From: Acidimicrobiales bacterium
GTDB taxonomy: Bacteria; Actinomycetota; Acidimicrobiia; Acidimicrobiales; RAAP-2
Direction: 5' to 3'
Assembly (NCBI GenBank): GCA_035534335.1
Contig: DATLSF010000024.1
Span: 63,692 to 127,691 of the forward strand
DNA length: 64,000 nucleotides
Shown: piece by piece, positions 1-9,085 of the stretch
How positions within the stretch are numbered: the stretch's first letter is position 1
Layout of the letters: each line of letters starts with the position of its first letter
The notes under the pieces: model-generated
Seen by the model: only the letters and a program-made list of their open reading frames with translations
Told to the model about the DNA's origin: nothing
The model's database searches: none
Program-made: the position numbers and the translations under genes

Positions 1-160
1 GATCAAGCGCGTCGCCGCTCGCTCGGGGTCCGTGCTCGAGCTGCGTGGCGACAACCCCGACGCGTCCACCGACTCGCGCGAGTTCGGGCCCATGCCCGCG
101 CGCAGCGTGGCCTGGGTCGTCCTGGGTGGGCGCGCCCGTGGGCAGCGAGCTACAAGCTGA
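1..160 (+). CDS. 3' end of S26-family peptidase, SodX-like (Ni-SOD maturation protease); partial at window start
   Basis: Frame from nt 2 reads IKRVAARSGSVLELRGDNPDASTDSREFGPM...TS*, containing the S26 motifs IKRV, GDN and STDSR.FGP. Not in the supplied ORF track. Confidence 0.7.
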   Translation, partial: IKRVAARSGSVLELRGDNPDASTDSREFGPMPARSVAWVVLGGRARGQRATS

Positions 161-169
161 GATTTGTGT

Positions 170-1291
170 CTAGAGGCTGTGGCGGCGGACGGAGCGCCAG
201 GCCATGCGGCCGAACCACCAAAGCGCAATCAGGCACAAGACCGCGAAGAGAGTTGGTCCCGACGCACGGATCAGCCACTCGAAGCCCGAGACGAAGCCGT
301 GCACGGCCGAGTGGAAGGCCCGCGAGACGCCGTTGCTCGACTTGCCCACGTTGGCGTGTCCAGCCTCGGTCACGTTGACCGTGAGGTTGCCGTAGGTCGT
401 CTCGTGGCTGAGCAGTTGCAGTTGACCCTGGAGCTGCTCGATGCGACTCTGCAGTGAGTTCAACTGACTCTGCACGGCCAAGATGTCGTTGATCGACGAT
501 GCCCTGGCCATGATGGCCAAGTACTGACGCCGGCTGGCCTCGAGCGCCGTGATGCGCGCGCTCAGGTCCACGTACTGACCGGTCACGTCGACCGACGAGG
601 TGTTCACGTAGGTGCTGTGGCCCACCCCCTGGACCTGCGTCACCAGCTCGGTGAAGCGGGGCTGGGGGACCTCGAGCACGATGGTCCCGAAGGCGAATCC
701 GCCGTTGGACCGATTGGCTGACTGGAGCTGTGAGCTCACGACGGTGCCGCCATCACGCGTCGAGAGCCGAGACAGTCGGTCGAGAGTCGATGAGATCTGC
801 CCCTTGGCGACCCGCAGATTCACCTGCCCACTCGACTCGATCTTGGCGGAGGATTTGGCGGTCCTCGACGAGGTGACAGTCCCGTGCACGCCCGCCGCAA
901 ATCCCGATGCGGTCAGTGAGAGGTTCTGGGTGTTCGATAGGCCATACGGCTGACGCGATGAGTTCTGCGCGGCGCGGCTGAGGGCGAGTCCCGGAGCAGA
1001 ATGGGCCGTTTTCTCGAGCGCGCCGAACGCCGCGCCGGTTCGCGTTGCGGTCTCGGCGCGGACGAGGGGTACGGCAATGGCCGTGACGGCCAGTACCATT
1101 GCCGCGGCGACGAGGAACCGCTGACGCCGAGGATGACCGGTGAAGGCCGAGACCACGGGGAGAGCGGGGCTCTCGCTGACGGAGGTCCGAGCGGCGCTCA
1201 GGATGCGCGTGGTCGCCTCGTTAGAGACCTCGAAGGAGTCGGCGGCGGAGAGCAGTTCTTGTCGAATCGTCTCTTCATCGATCACGTTCAC
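170..1291 (-). CDS. DUF4349-domain membrane protein, probable anti-sigma factor
   Basis: Short N-terminal cytoplasmic segment, TM helix, DUF4349-like region (DVTGQYVDLSARI, coiled coil, TYGNLTV), C-terminal TM. GTGA overlap with the sigma gene stop. Confidence 0.75.
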   Translation of the reverse strand: MNVIDEETIRQELLSAADSFEVSNEATTRILSAARTSVSESPALPVVSAFTGHPRRQRFLVAAAMVLAVTAIAVPLVRAETATRTGAAFGALEKTAHSAPGLALSRAAQNSSRQPYGLSNTQNLSLTASGFAAGVHGTVTSSRTAKSSAKIESSGQVNLRVAKGQISSTLDRLSRLSTRDGGTVVSSQLQSANRSNGGFAFGTIVLEVPQPRFTELVTQVQGVGHSTYVNTSSVDVTGQYVDLSARITALEASRRQYLAIMARASSINDILAVQSQLNSLQSRIEQLQGQLQLLSHETTYGNLTVNVTEAGHANVGKSSNGVSRAFHSAVHGFVSGFEWLIRASGPTLFAVLCLIALWWFGRMAWRSVRRHSL

Positions 1292-1845
1292 CGTTGCTCC
1301 TTGGAGGTTGAGGGGACGAACTCGGAGAGTGCGGGCTGTAGCGCGGCGTGACGCGCGAGTTGGCGGCGGGCTTCACTAAGACGCGACTTCACGGTTCCGG
1401 CGGGACGACCAATGGCGGTTGCGATGTCGCGCTCGCTGAGGTCGGCGTAGTAGCGCAGGACGACCACGACGCGCAGATTGGGCGCCAGGTCACGCAAGGC
1501 TCGGGTCATATCGAAGGTCGACGCGACCCGGCTGGCCGGATCGTCATAGTCGCTCAGTGTCGCCAGCTCGGCGTCGGGGGCCCGCAGGTCGCGGTGTGGA
1601 ATCTCCTTGCGCAGGCGCGAGTAGCACGAGTTCACCACGACGCGGTACAACCATGGCTTCATGCCGGATCGCGTCGTGATCGCGTCGCGGAATCGCCAGG
1701 CGCGCAAGAACGCGTCCTGAACGGCGTCCTCCGCGTCGGACCGATTTCCCAAGATGAGGTACGCCGTGCGCACCGACGAGGCGTAGGAGTCGCGAAGCCA
1801 CTCCTCGAGGACCGTCAGGTCGACCTCGTCGTCATTCGGGCTCAC
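1288..1845 (-). CDS. ECF RNA polymerase sigma-70 factor
   Basis: Region 2 (DAEDAVQDAFLRAW, WLYRVVVN) and region 4 (VVVLRYYADLSERDIA...GTVKSRLSEAR). Confidence 0.93.
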   Translation of the reverse strand: MSPNDDEVDLTVLEEWLRDSYASSVRTAYLILGNRSDAEDAVQDAFLRAWRFRDAITTRSGMKPWLYRVVVNSCYSRLRKEIPHRDLRAPDAELATLSDYDDPASRVASTFDMTRALRDLAPNLRVVVVLRYYADLSERDIATAIGRPAGTVKSRLSEARRQLARHAALQPALSEFVPSTSKEQR

Positions 1846-1883
1846 GTTGATCCTCTGTCCTTCGCGTCGTCGTCGTTACCCAA

Positions 1884-1912
1884 TAAGACTCCGGCGGGGC
1901 GCATTTGGTTCA
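1884..1912 (-). promoter_or_regulatory. Candidate ECF-type autoregulatory promoter TGAACC-N17-GTCTTA
   Basis: Minus-strand -35 TGAACC (1912-1907), 17-nt spacer, -10 GTCTTA (1889-1884), about 40 nt upstream of the sigma start. Confidence 0.5.
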
Positions 1913-1995
1913 GAGAAAGTTCCTCGGCGGCCAATGTCGCGGTAGGAGATCCTGCCAGGGGCCGTTGGGCGAACCGGGAATCATGACCGCACAGG

Positions 1996-2001
1996 TAGGC
2001 T
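1996..2001 (+). promoter_or_regulatory. -10 element TAGGCT, leaderless mshA
   Basis: TANNNT hexamer 7 nt before GTG 2009, no SD. Confidence 0.55.
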
Positions 2002-2008
2002 TTCGCCC

Positions 2009-3223
2009 GTGGCTCGCCTCGCCGTCCTCTCGTACCACACGTCGCCCCTGGCCCAGCCGGGTACCGGCGACGGTGGGGGGATGAACGTCTACGTCCGCGA
2101 GCTTTCCAGTGGTCTCGCCCGCCTCGGCCACGAGGTCGACGTGTTCACCCGTCGCGACGACCCGAAGGTGCGTGACGTCGTTCTCGTGGAGCCCGGTTTC
2201 CGGGTCCATCACGTGACGGCAGGTCCGGCTGCTGCGTTGATGCGCGACGAGTTCGAGCGTTTCGTGCCCGCCTTCAGCGACGCCGTGGCGGCCCACCTTC
2301 GCGTCCACGGCGCTGACGCGCTGCACGCCAACTACTGGCTGAGCGGTCTCGTGGGTCACCGCCTCAAGCACGAACTCGATCTGCCGCTCGTCATGACCTT
2401 CCACACACTCGAGCGAGTGAAGGCCGAAGCCCTGGGCGCGCACTCGGACGAGCGAGCCCATCAGGAGGCCGCCATCCTGGCGTGCGCGGACGCCGTGCTG
2501 GCCAGCTGCGACGTCGAGGCCGAGCAGTTCGTGCGGCTGTATCACGCCGACCCCACTCGCGTTCACGTCGTGCCCTTGGGCGTCGAGCACGCCTTCTTCG
2601 CGCCGGGGCACCGTCCCCAGGCCCGACGAGCGCTGGGCGTCGCTGCCGAGTCGACCTTGCTCCTGTTCGTCGGTCGGCTTCAGTACCTCAAGGGAGCGGA
2701 CCTGGCGCTCGACACCCTCGTCGAACTGCGTCGACGCGGCCACGCCAGCCAGCTGGCGATCGTCGGGGGACCCTCGGGTCCCAACGGGCGCGACACGCTC
2801 GGCGAGCTGCACGAGCGCGTGGCGTCGGCCGGCGTCATCGACCAGGTGAGCTTCGTCGCCCCGCAGGCGCACCAGTTGCTGTCGACGTGGATGCGCGCAG
2901 CCGACGTCACGTTGGTGCCGTCGCGCTCGGAGAGCTTCGGTCTGGTGGCCCTCGAGTCGTCCGCCTGCGGCACGCCCGTGGTGGCCAGCGACGTGGGCGG
3001 GCTCTCGACGCTCGTCGAGCCTGGCGTCAACGGACTGCTGCTGGCCGAGCGCGACGCCGCGCACTGGGCGAACGCGGTCGAGTGGGTCACCGATCCGTCT
3101 CGGTCGACCGCGCTGTCCACCGGCGCGGTGCTGCTCGCGCGTCCCTACACGTGGCGCGCCGCGGCCGAGTCGCTGGCGGATTTGGTGGACGAGCTTTCGG
3201 CGACCAGCCTGGTGCGCTGTTGA
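2009..3223 (+). CDS. mshA: D-inositol-3-phosphate glycosyltransferase (mycothiol synthesis, GT4)
   Basis: SYHTSPLAQPGTGDGGGMNVYV, HANYWLSG, TFHTL, PSRSESFGLVALE motifs. Confidence 0.88.
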   Translation: MARLAVLSYHTSPLAQPGTGDGGGMNVYVRELSSGLARLGHEVDVFTRRDDPKVRDVVLVEPGFRVHHVTAGPAAALMRDEFERFVPAFSDAVAAHLRVHGADALHANYWLSGLVGHRLKHELDLPLVMTFHTLERVKAEALGAHSDERAHQEAAILACADAVLASCDVEAEQFVRLYHADPTRVHVVPLGVEHAFFAPGHRPQARRALGVAAESTLLLFVGRLQYLKGADLALDTLVELRRRGHASQLAIVGGPSGPNGRDTLGELHERVASAGVIDQVSFVAPQAHQLLSTWMRAADVTLVPSRSESFGLVALESSACGTPVVASDVGGLSTLVEPGVNGLLLAERDAAHWANAVEWVTDPSRSTALSTGAVLLARPYTWRAAAESLADLVDELSATSLVRC

Positions 3224-3708
3224 GCGAACGCGCTCCGCTGCGCGACGACGCGGCGCCCGAGCGCCTCGACACCGTTGTGCGCGAGTGGGTTGAGCAGTGG
3301 TGCGCGGGTGGACAGGTGGGCGAGGTCGAGCACCGCAACGAACCGGATGACCGAGGTCACTACCACTGGCTGATTCGAGTGCGTGCCGATGAGAAGCCCC
3401 ACGTCACGATCTGGCTCGCCCTTCGCCAACGCACGGTGCACGTCGAGACCGAACTCACCCCGGCGCCCGAGGAGAACCTCGAGGAGGTCTATCGGTATCT
3501 GCTCACGCGAAACGCCGACCTGCGTGAGCTGCACCTGGCGATCGGCCCGGAGGCGGGGATCTATCTGGTGACGGCGGTGCCGGTGGGCGACCTCAACGCC
3601 GAGCGCCTCGACGAGCTCGTCGGCGCGACGATCACGTACGTCGATGAGATCTACCCGACCGCGATGTCGTTGGGACTGCCCGCGCTGTACCGGCGCCGCG
3701 CGCAGTAG
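3220..3708 (+). CDS. YbjN-domain (T3SS chaperone-like) protein
   Basis: TTG start overlaps the mshA stop. WLALRQRTVHVE and YRYLLTRNADL motifs. mshA-YbjN synteny is common in actinobacteria. Confidence 0.7.
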   Translation: MSERAPLRDDAAPERLDTVVREWVEQWCAGGQVGEVEHRNEPDDRGHYHWLIRVRADEKPHVTIWLALRQRTVHVETELTPAPEENLEEVYRYLLTRNADLRELHLAIGPEAGIYLVTAVPVGDLNAERLDELVGATITYVDEIYPTAMSLGLPALYRRRAQ

Positions 3709-3727
3709 CTCTGTGTAGCGTGACGCC

Positions 3728-4531
3728 GTGGCGTATCGACTGGTCATCGTGGGCGCGGGCCGCCTGGGCTCGGCCCTGGCCGAGGGGCTCTTGGCGTCCG
3801 GCTACCCGCCGGGCGACCTCTCGCTCGTCCAGCACACCTCGGCGACGCGCGAGCAGCTCGCGCAACGTTTCCCCGGCGTCGACGTCGCGGCGACCTTCGA
3901 GGCCGCTCACGTCGGTCCCGACACCGGAGTGGTGCTCGCAGTCAAGCCCGACTACGCCGAATCGGTCGCACGCGAACTCGGCGGCTACGGCGTCACGCGG
4001 GTGTTGTCGGTGGTGGCGGGGCTGTCGACGGCGCGCCTGGAGGCCGCCTTCCCGGGCCCGGTGGCGGTGATCCGCTCGATGCCTAATACACCGATCCTCA
4101 TTCGCAAGGGCGTGAGCGCGATCGCCGGCGGCGCGCACGTGACGAAGGCGGACCTCGAGTGGGCCGAGTCGATACTCGGGGCTGTGGGCACGGTCGTGCG
4201 CGTGACCGAGCGCCAGCTCGAGGCGGTCACCGGCCTTTCGGGCCCGATGCCGGCGTACCTGTACCTGGTCATTGAGGCGCTGATCGAGGCGGGGGTCCAC
4301 CAGGGCCTCGAGCGCTCGGTGTCGCGCGACTTGGTCGTCGGGACCTTCGAGGGCTCCGCGGCGCTGCTGGCCGCGAGTGACGACGGTCCCGAGGAGTTGC
4401 GCGCCCAGGTGACCTCGCCGGGTGGGTCGACGGCCGCCGGGCTTCGCGTGCTCGAGGGCCGAGCGGTGCGTGCCGCGTTCTTGGACGCCGTCGCCGCGGC
4501 GGCCGAGCGCGGCCGACAGATGGGTCGCTGA
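3728..4531 (+). CDS. proC: Pyrroline-5-carboxylate reductase
   Basis: GAGRLG Rossmann motif, LAVKP, RSMPNTP, VTGLSGPMPAY, VTSPGGSTAAG. -10 TAGCGT (3716-3721) lies 6 nt upstream. Confidence 0.95.
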   Translation: MAYRLVIVGAGRLGSALAEGLLASGYPPGDLSLVQHTSATREQLAQRFPGVDVAATFEAAHVGPDTGVVLAVKPDYAESVARELGGYGVTRVLSVVAGLSTARLEAAFPGPVAVIRSMPNTPILIRKGVSAIAGGAHVTKADLEWAESILGAVGTVVRVTERQLEAVTGLSGPMPAYLYLVIEALIEAGVHQGLERSVSRDLVVGTFEGSAALLAASDDGPEELRAQVTSPGGSTAAGLRVLEGRAVRAAFLDAVAAAAERGRQMGR

Positions 4532-4552
4532 GACCGGATATAGGTTGTGTCC

Positions 4553-5242
4553 GTGGTGACGCCGCGGCGACCTCGCAGACTCTCGGAGCCGACCATCGCT
4601 CGTCTGCCCGTCTACCAACGCATCGTTGAGGGGTGGCGGGCGCGCGGCGAGAAGCGCATCGACTCACGCCAGATCGGCGTCCTGGCCGGGGTCACCGCGA
4701 CCACGGTGCGCCGCGACCTCGCGGGGCTGGGCCAGCTCGGCACTCGCGGCGCCGGCTACGACGTCGACGTGCTTGTCGACCGCATCGGCGAGGCCCTCGG
4801 CCACGACCGCAGCTACGACGTGGTGGTCGTCGGGATCGGCAACCTCGGTCGCGCGCTGGTCAACTCCACCAACTTCTTGATCCGTGGCGCGACGCTCGCC
4901 GCCCTCTACGACAACGACCCGCGGGTCGTGGGCACCGAGGTCGCAGGCCACATGGTCACCCACGTCGACCAGGGGATCCAGTCAGCCACGGTGGGGGTCA
5001 TCTGCGTCCCCGCCAGCGCCGCCCAGCACGTCGCCGAGCGTCTGGTGGCCGCCGACATCCACGCGCTGCTCAACTTCGCGCCCCAGGTGCTCAACGTGCC
5101 GATCGGCACCGCGGTCCACTACGTCGACTTCTCGATCGAGCTGCAGATCCTGATGTACCACCTCAACAACGGCACGGGACCGCTGGGCGGCGTGCTGCAC
5201 TCCATCGGTCTTGGGACGAACCCCGGTCGCTACGGGTCGTAA
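4553..5242 (+). CDS. rex: Redox-sensing transcriptional repressor Rex
   Basis: TIARLPVY, VRRDL..LG..GTRGAGY, GIGNLG, LLNFAP. Start placed at GTG 4553, 6 nt after -10 TAGGTT (4541-4546). Confidence 0.9.
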   Translation: MVTPRRPRRLSEPTIARLPVYQRIVEGWRARGEKRIDSRQIGVLAGVTATTVRRDLAGLGQLGTRGAGYDVDVLVDRIGEALGHDRSYDVVVVGIGNLGRALVNSTNFLIRGATLAALYDNDPRVVGTEVAGHMVTHVDQGIQSATVGVICVPASAAQHVAERLVAADIHALLNFAPQVLNVPIGTAVHYVDFSIELQILMYHLNNGTGPLGGVLHSIGLGTNPGRYGS

Positions 5243-5250
5243 AGTACAAC

Positions 5251-6492
5251 GTGGCCTTGATTTCGGTGGGCGTCGACCACGAGCACGCCTCCCTTGACTT
5301 CCTCGAACGCACCACCGTGCCCGAGCACGAGTGGTCCAAGGTCCTGCGTACTCTCGTCGCCCAGCCCAACGTGGAAGAGGCCGTCTTCGTGTCGACCTGC
5401 CTGCGCACCGAGGTGGTGGCGGTCGTCGACCGCTTCCACGGTGCCCTCGAGGAGGTCACCGCGACGCTCGCCGAGGCCACGGGGCTGGCCCCAGGTGAGT
5501 TCGCTGACCACCTGACTGTCCACTTCGACCGCGGGGTCGCCGCTCATCTCTTTTCCGTCGCCGCGGGACTCAAGTCGGTGGTGCCGGGCGAGTTCGAGGT
5601 CCTGGGCCAGCTGCGTCGCGCGCTCGACCTGGCCCTGGAAGAAGGGGCCGCGGGACGCGGTCTCGACGAACTCTTCCACCGAGCGCTGGCCAGTGGGCGA
5701 CGCGTTCGAACCGACACCACGATCAGCCGCGGCTCGACGAGCTTCGCCCAGGCCGCGGTCGGATGGGCGCTCGAAGAACTGGACAGCGAACTGACAGGCG
5801 CCGACGTCGTCGTCGTGGGCGCCGGACAGTTGGCCGCGGGCGTCGTGCGTGGCCTACTCGACGCCCCGGCGCGCGTCGCGCGCGTGACCGTGCTCAATCG
5901 CGGCGCCGCGCGCGCCGAGTCCCTGGCGGTCGACCTCGCTGACGCGCGGGTTACGTCAGCACCCCTAGAAAGCGTGAGCGACGCCCTGGAGTCGGCGCGA
6001 CTCGTGGTCACGGCCCTGGAGACGCCCACGCCGGTCATCACCTTCGAGCACGTGGCGCATCGCACGGCGCCGCTGCTGGTGATCGACCTGGCCATGCCGC
6101 GCGCGGTCGAGTCACGTGTCGGGGAGGTCGAATCGATCCGCCGGGTCGACATCTCGGACCTGCGCGAGCGGGTGGAGCGCGCCCTCGGTGATCGGCGTGA
6201 CGCGGTCGAGCAGGCCCGCGGGCTGGTCGCCTTCGACGTCGAGCGTTTCCTCGCGGACCAGCGCGCGCGCGGTGCCGCGGGCATCGTGTCGGACCTGCGC
6301 AGCCGCCTCGATCAGATCCTTGACGCCGAGCTCGACTCGTTGAGCGCCGAGGAGCGAGCCCGGGTCGAAGAGACCGTACGCGCCGTCGTGGCCAAGATCG
6401 CCCACCAGCCCACCGTCGCGCTGAAGGAGGCCGCCGGAACCGACCGGGGAGCGCGACTCACCGAGGCCACCCGCACCCTGTTTGACCTATGA
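5251..6492 (+). CDS. hemA: Glutamyl-tRNA reductase
   Basis: STCLRTE catalytic Cys motif, HLFSVAAGL, GAGQLA, IDLAMPR, KIAHQPT. True start is inside the long 4633 ORF. Confidence 0.92.
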   Translation: MALISVGVDHEHASLDFLERTTVPEHEWSKVLRTLVAQPNVEEAVFVSTCLRTEVVAVVDRFHGALEEVTATLAEATGLAPGEFADHLTVHFDRGVAAHLFSVAAGLKSVVPGEFEVLGQLRRALDLALEEGAAGRGLDELFHRALASGRRVRTDTTISRGSTSFAQAAVGWALEELDSELTGADVVVVGAGQLAAGVVRGLLDAPARVARVTVLNRGAARAESLAVDLADARVTSAPLESVSDALESARLVVTALETPTPVITFEHVAHRTAPLLVIDLAMPRAVESRVGEVESIRRVDISDLRERVERALGDRRDAVEQARGLVAFDVERFLADQRARGAAGIVSDLRSRLDQILDAELDSLSAEERARVEETVRAVVAKIAHQPTVALKEAAGTDRGARLTEATRTLFDL

Positions 6493-7388
6493 GCGTGCTG
6501 CGTCTGGCCACGCGCCGGTCGCCGCTGGCGTTGACACAGGCCGAGAGCGTGCTCGCGCGCCTCGCCTCGGTGGGCTGTGACGCGGACCTCGTGCTCGTCG
6601 AGACCGGAGGGGACCAACACGCGGACGTGGCGTTGGCCACGATCGCCGGTCAAGGCGTGTTCGCCGTCGAGGTCCAACAGGCGGTTCTGCGCGGGCGCGC
6701 CGACGTCGCGGTGCACAGTGCGAAGGACCTTCCCGCCGAGACACCCCAGGGCCTCTCCTTCGCCGGTGTCTCGGAACGCCGCGACGCGGCCGACGTGCTG
6801 GTCGGCCGGTCGCTGGCCGGTCTGGGTCCGGGCGCGACCGTCGCCACCGGTTCGCCGCGACGACGTGCGCTCTTGCTCGAGCGTCGACCCGACCTTCGCG
6901 TGGTCGAGTTGCGCGGCAACATGGCGCGGCGCCTCGCGGCGGCGGGCGTGGACGGCGTCGACGCGATCGTCGCGGCGGCCGCGGCGCTCGAGCGCCTCGA
7001 CGAGATGGAACGCGTGGCCGAACGCTTGGATCCCTCGTGGTTCATCCCGCAGGTCGGTCAGGGGGCAATCGCCCTGGAGGTCCGTGACGACGACGTCGCG
7101 ACCCGCGCGATCGTCGACGACGTGTTGGATCCGGTCGCGTCCCTGGCCGTGGCGGCCGAGCGGGCCTTTTTGCGTGAGTTGGGACTCGGGTGCTCGATTC
7201 CCGCCGGCGCACACGCCACGGTCGTCAACGCCGTCGTGACGCTCAGCGCGGTCATGGTCGCGGTCGACGGGAGTGCCAGCGTGCGCGAGTCCCAGCGCGA
7301 CGCCGACGCCGACGCGCTCGGTCGACGCCTCGCGAGTCGCCTGCGCGACGAGCTCGGCGGCGGCGACCTGCCCGGTTGGCGGACCTGA
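6489..7388 (+). CDS. hemC: Hydroxymethylbilane synthase
   Basis: ATRRSPLALTQ, VHSAKDLP, TGSPRR, LRGN, PQVGQGAIA, LGCSIP. Confidence 0.95.
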   Translation: MSVLRLATRRSPLALTQAESVLARLASVGCDADLVLVETGGDQHADVALATIAGQGVFAVEVQQAVLRGRADVAVHSAKDLPAETPQGLSFAGVSERRDAADVLVGRSLAGLGPGATVATGSPRRRALLLERRPDLRVVELRGNMARRLAAAGVDGVDAIVAAAAALERLDEMERVAERLDPSWFIPQVGQGAIALEVRDDDVATRAIVDDVLDPVASLAVAAERAFLRELGLGCSIPAGAHATVVNAVVTLSAVMVAVDGSASVRESQRDADADALGRRLASRLRDELGGGDLPGWRT

Positions 7389-7389
7389 C

Positions 7390-8070
7390 GTGCTCGTCGT
7401 GCTGACGAGGGAGGCGGGCTTCAACGATCAGGTGCGCCAGTGGATCGGTGGCGTGGGCGACGTCGTGGAGGCTCCGCTGACGACGACGATCTTCCACGAC
7501 GTCGAGGACGTTCGTCGCGAGATCACCGCCACCGCCCTGGCGGGACAGTTCGCGGCTCTGGCGGTCACCAGCGTTCGCGCCCGCGCGTATGTCGCGGTCG
7601 CCGTGGCTGCGCTGGCCGAGGGTGCGGGGGTCTACAGCGTCGGACTCGCGACGACCCACATGCTCGAAGAGGAGGGTGTGACCGTGGCCGGCGTCGCGAC
7701 GAGCCGCGCACAGGACCTCGCGACGCTGATCGACGTGGGGCCTGTCTTGCACGTCTGCGCGCGCGACGCGCGGCCGGAGCTCTCGACGGCGCTCGCGGCC
7801 AAGGGCGTGGACGTCGTGCCCGTCATTGCCTACGAGACGGTCGCGGTGTCGGTCAGCGATGACGTCGCGTGGTTGCTCGCGCGCGCGGACGTCCTCGTGA
7901 TAGGTGCTCCCTCGTCGTGGTCGGTCGCGCGCACCTATGTCAGCTCGTCGTCATGGGTGGTCGTGCCGGGGGCGACGACGGCCGCGGAGGTCAAGCGTGA
8001 CCACGCGCGCGTGATCGAGGTCTGGGGTCCCGAGTTGGGAAACGTGCTCACCACGCTTGACGGCGACTGA
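7390..8070 (+). CDS. hemD: Uroporphyrinogen-III synthase (stand-alone, divergent)
   Basis: VLTRE start, VTSVRA, YSVGLATT, AYETV. Lies between hemC and hemB. Confidence 0.7.
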   Translation: MLVVLTREAGFNDQVRQWIGGVGDVVEAPLTTTIFHDVEDVRREITATALAGQFAALAVTSVRARAYVAVAVAALAEGAGVYSVGLATTHMLEEEGVTVAGVATSRAQDLATLIDVGPVLHVCARDARPELSTALAAKGVDVVPVIAYETVAVSVSDDVAWLLARADVLVIGAPSSWSVARTYVSSSSWVVVPGATTAAEVKRDHARVIEVWGPELGNVLTTLDGD

Positions 8071-8104
8071 GGACGCCGAGAGGGCGGGCAATAGGCTGTC
8101 GGCA

Positions 8105-9085
8105 GTGTTCCCCACCGAACGTCCACGCCGGCTTCGTCGAACGGCCGCGCTGCGTCGCCTGGTCGCCGAGACCACCCTGTCGCCCGACGACCTGGTCGCG
8201 CCGCTCTTCGTTGCCGAGGGCGCCGAGGGTCCTCGAGCCATCTCCTCGCTGCCCGGCCAGGCGCAGCACTCGATGGAGTCCCTGGTCGCCGAGGTGAAGG
8301 CGTTGACCTCGGTCGGGGTCGGTGGCGTCATCCTCTTCGGGGTTCCCGCCGCTAAGGACGAACTGGGATCCGGGGCGTTCGATCCCGCGGGAGTGGTGCA
8401 GGTGGCACTCACGCGCCTGCGCGACGAGTTCGGTGACGACCTCGTGGTGATGGCCGACCTCTGCCTGGACGAGTACACCACTCACGGCCACTGCGGAGTG
8501 GTGCGCGACGACGGGTCCGTGGACAACGACGCCACCCTCGAGCTCTACGCGCGCACCGCCGTGGTCCAGGCGAACGCGGGTGCCGCGGTGGTGGCCCCCA
8601 GCGGGATGATGGACGGTCAGGTCGCGGCGATCCGCTCGGCGCTCGACGACGCCGGTCACGTCGACACCGCGATCCTCGCCTACGCCGTGAAGTACGCGAG
8701 CGCGCTCTACGGGCCGTTTCGCGAGGCGGTGCAGGTCGAGATCAAGGACGGCGGTGATCGTCGCGCCTATCAGCAGGACTACCGCAACCGTCGCGAGGCG
8801 CTGCGCGAGGCGCGCCTCGACGTGGAAGAGGGCGCCGACGTCATCATGGTCAAGCCCGCCATGACCAACCTCGACGTGCTCGGTGATCTCTACGCCGAAC
8901 TGGACGTCCCCCTCGCCGCCTACCACGTGAGCGGCGAGTACGCGATGGTGAAGGCCGCCGGAGCCCAGGGATGGATCGACGCCAACGCCGTGGCCGTCGA
9001 GCAGCTCACCGCGGTGCGGCGTGCGGGAGCGGACTTCATCCTCACCTACTTCGCGCGCGAGGTCGCCGAGGAGCTCTCGCGTTGA
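8105..9085 (+). CDS. hemB: Porphobilinogen synthase
   Basis: RPRRLRR, DLCLDEYTTHGHCG, APSGMMDG, KYASALYGPFREA, MVKPA, AYHVSGEY. Start GTG 8105 is 7 nt after TAGGCT (8092-8097). Confidence 0.96.
   Translation: MFPTERPRRLRRTAALRRLVAETTLSPDDLVAPLFVAEGAEGPRAISSLPGQAQHSMESLVAEVKALTSVGVGGVILFGVPAAKDELGSGAFDPAGVVQVALTRLRDEFGDDLVVMADLCLDEYTTHGHCGVVRDDGSVDNDATLELYARTAVVQANAGAAVVAPSGMMDGQVAAIRSALDDAGHVDTAILAYAVKYASALYGPFREAVQVEIKDGGDRRAYQQDYRNRREALREARLDVEEGADVIMVKPAMTNLDVLGDLYAELDVPLAAYHVSGEYAMVKAAGAQGWIDANAVAVEQLTAVRRAGADFILTYFAREVAEELSR

Noticed and set aside
1910-3064. Many long antisense or alternate-frame ORFs (e.g. 1910-3064, 9046-10326, 17662-18942, 23273-24772, 26241-27761, 46182-47504)
   Set aside because: They lie opposite or within clearly identified genes and have no family motifs. 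They are the expected shadow of about 70% GC codon usage.
4532-4560. Rex operator upstream of rex (TTGTG at 4545)
   Set aside because: Only a TTGTG half-match with no inverted TTCACAA arm.
4633-5250. Apparent Rex-overlapping N-terminal extension of HemA, and similar extended starts for hemD, hemL, nuoB/C/E/J, qcrB, hutG/H/U/I, hemH and whiB
   Set aside because: These extensions overlap the upstream genes and are low-complexity frame read-through. Starts were reset to coupled or promoter-proximal codons.
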